From NCBI RefSeq assembly GCF_964194155.1, contig NC_135883.1, forward strand, positions 147,312,001 through 147,376,000: a stretch of DNA of 64,000 nucleotides. Reading direction: 5' to 3'. The stretch is from Cetorhinus maximus (Eukaryota). The notes below the pieces were generated by a model. It was not told where the DNA came from and made no database searches. It saw nothing but the letters and a program-made list of their open reading frames with translations. Below are positions 62,710 to 64,000 of the stretch, piece after piece. Every line of letters starts with the position of its first letter. Within the stretch, counting starts at the first letter, position 1. The translations under genes and the position numbers were made by a program.

Positions 62710-64000
62710 ATTTTAAACTTAAATAAGGGCAGCTATGTGGGCATGAAAGCTGAACTAGCTGAAGTGAACTGGGATACTAGGCTAGGGGATAGATCAATAG
62801 AGAAGCAGTGGCAGACATTTAAGGGGATATTTCAGAATACACAGAATAAGCTTATTCCTACTATTAAGAAAAATTCTAAGGGGAGGACCCACCAACTGTG
62901 GTTAACTAAAGAAGTTAAGGAAAGCATCAAACTTAAGGAAAAAGCATACAACTCCACAAAGATGAGTAGCAGGACAGATGATTGGTCAGAATATAAAGAA
63001 TGGCAGCGAATGAAGGAAGAAATTAGAGTATGAGAGGAAGCTAGCTAGAAATGTAAAAATGGGTAGCAAGAGTTTTTACAGGTATTTAAAAAGGAAAGGA
63101 GTAAGAGTGAGTGTTGGTCCTCGAGAGGGTAAGAATGCGGAGTTAATAGTAGACGATAAGGATTTGGCAGATGAAATGAACAAATATTTTGCTTCTGTCT
63201 TCACCATAGAGGATACAAAAACTTTCCAACAATAGCTGTGAATTGGGAGATGGAAGGGAGAGGGGAACTTGAGGAACTTAGTGAAATTACAATCACTGAG
63301 AAAGCGATACTCAGCAACCTGCTGGAGTTACAGGCTGACTAGTCTTCGGGTCCTGATGGACTTCATCATAGTGTCTTAAAAAAGGTGAATAATGAGGTAG
63401 TTGATGTGTTGACGTTAATTTTCCAAAATTCCCTAGGTTCTGGAAAGGTTCCATCAGGTTGGAAAGTAGCAAATATAACCCCTCTATTTAAGAAGGGAGG
63501 GAGGCAGAAAACTGAAAACTATAGGCCAGTTAACTTGACTTCTAACGCGGGGAAGGTGTTAGAATAGATCATTAACGAGGTTATATCTGGGCACTTAGAG
63601 AAACTCAAGGTAATCGGGAAGAGTCAGCATGATTATATGAAAGGGACATCATGTTTAACCAATTTATTGGAGTTCTTTTAAGGAGTAACATGTACTGTGG
63701 ATAAAGGAAGCCTGTAGATGTGTTGTATTTTGATTTCAAGAAGGCATTTGATAAGGTGCCACATCAAAGGTTAATGCAGAAAAATCAAAGTTCATGGTAT
63801 AGGGGGTAACATATTAGCATGGGTAGAAGATTTGCTGGCCGGCAGATAAGTGAGAGTATGCACAAATGGGTCTTTTTCTGATTGGTACGATGTGATGAGT
63901 GGAGTCCCACAGGGGTCTGTGCTGGGGCCTCAACTTCTTCAAATTTATATTCATGACTTAGATGAGGGGAGTGAAGACATGGTAGCTAAATTTCCAGATG
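62710..64000 (+). mobile_element. Second CR1 LINE ORF2 remnant, running off the window end
   Basis: LNKGSYVGMKAELAEVNW, WKVANITPLFKKGGRQKTENYRPVNLTS, and GVPQGSVLGP at ~63900. Confidence 0.9.

Noticed and set aside
1-64000. CRISPR arrays, rRNA genes, prokaryotic operons or viral inserts
   Set aside because: None seen. The DNA is intron- and TE-rich vertebrate sequence with no regularly spaced repeat-spacer pattern.

Overview
Vertebrate genomic DNA, most likely a shark or other cartilaginous fish (inferred from the repeat landscape: CR1-type LINEs with a shared SINE tail, Deu-domain SINEs and Penelope elements). The window holds one complete recognisable gene on the + strand, the pro-apoptotic BH3-only gene BCL2L11 (BIM). 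It has a ~6 kb CpG-rich promoter domain (~13.7-19.75 kb), a non-coding exon 1 ending at 17756, and coding exons 21835-22144, 27621-27754 (BH3) and 55770-55859, giving ~177 aa. The ~1 kb 3'UTR is dense in miRNA seed sites. The rest is mostly transposon debris: a 5'-truncated Penelope RT/GIY-YIG element, solo Penelope repeats carrying minimal hammerhead-ribozyme motifs, a Helitron fragment, CR1/L2 LINEs, SINEs and MITEs. The most notable observations are: the conserved BimEL/L/S internal intron; an N-terminus apparently replaced by a short uORF; altered ERK and dynein-light-chain motifs and an atypical C-terminal tail; two candidate unannotated BIM cassette exons; a candidate divergent spliced transcript; hammerhead variants with covarying stems; and several long near-perfect hairpins in BIM intron 3. 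No wholly new system can be proven from sequence alone. Repeat boundaries are approximate.
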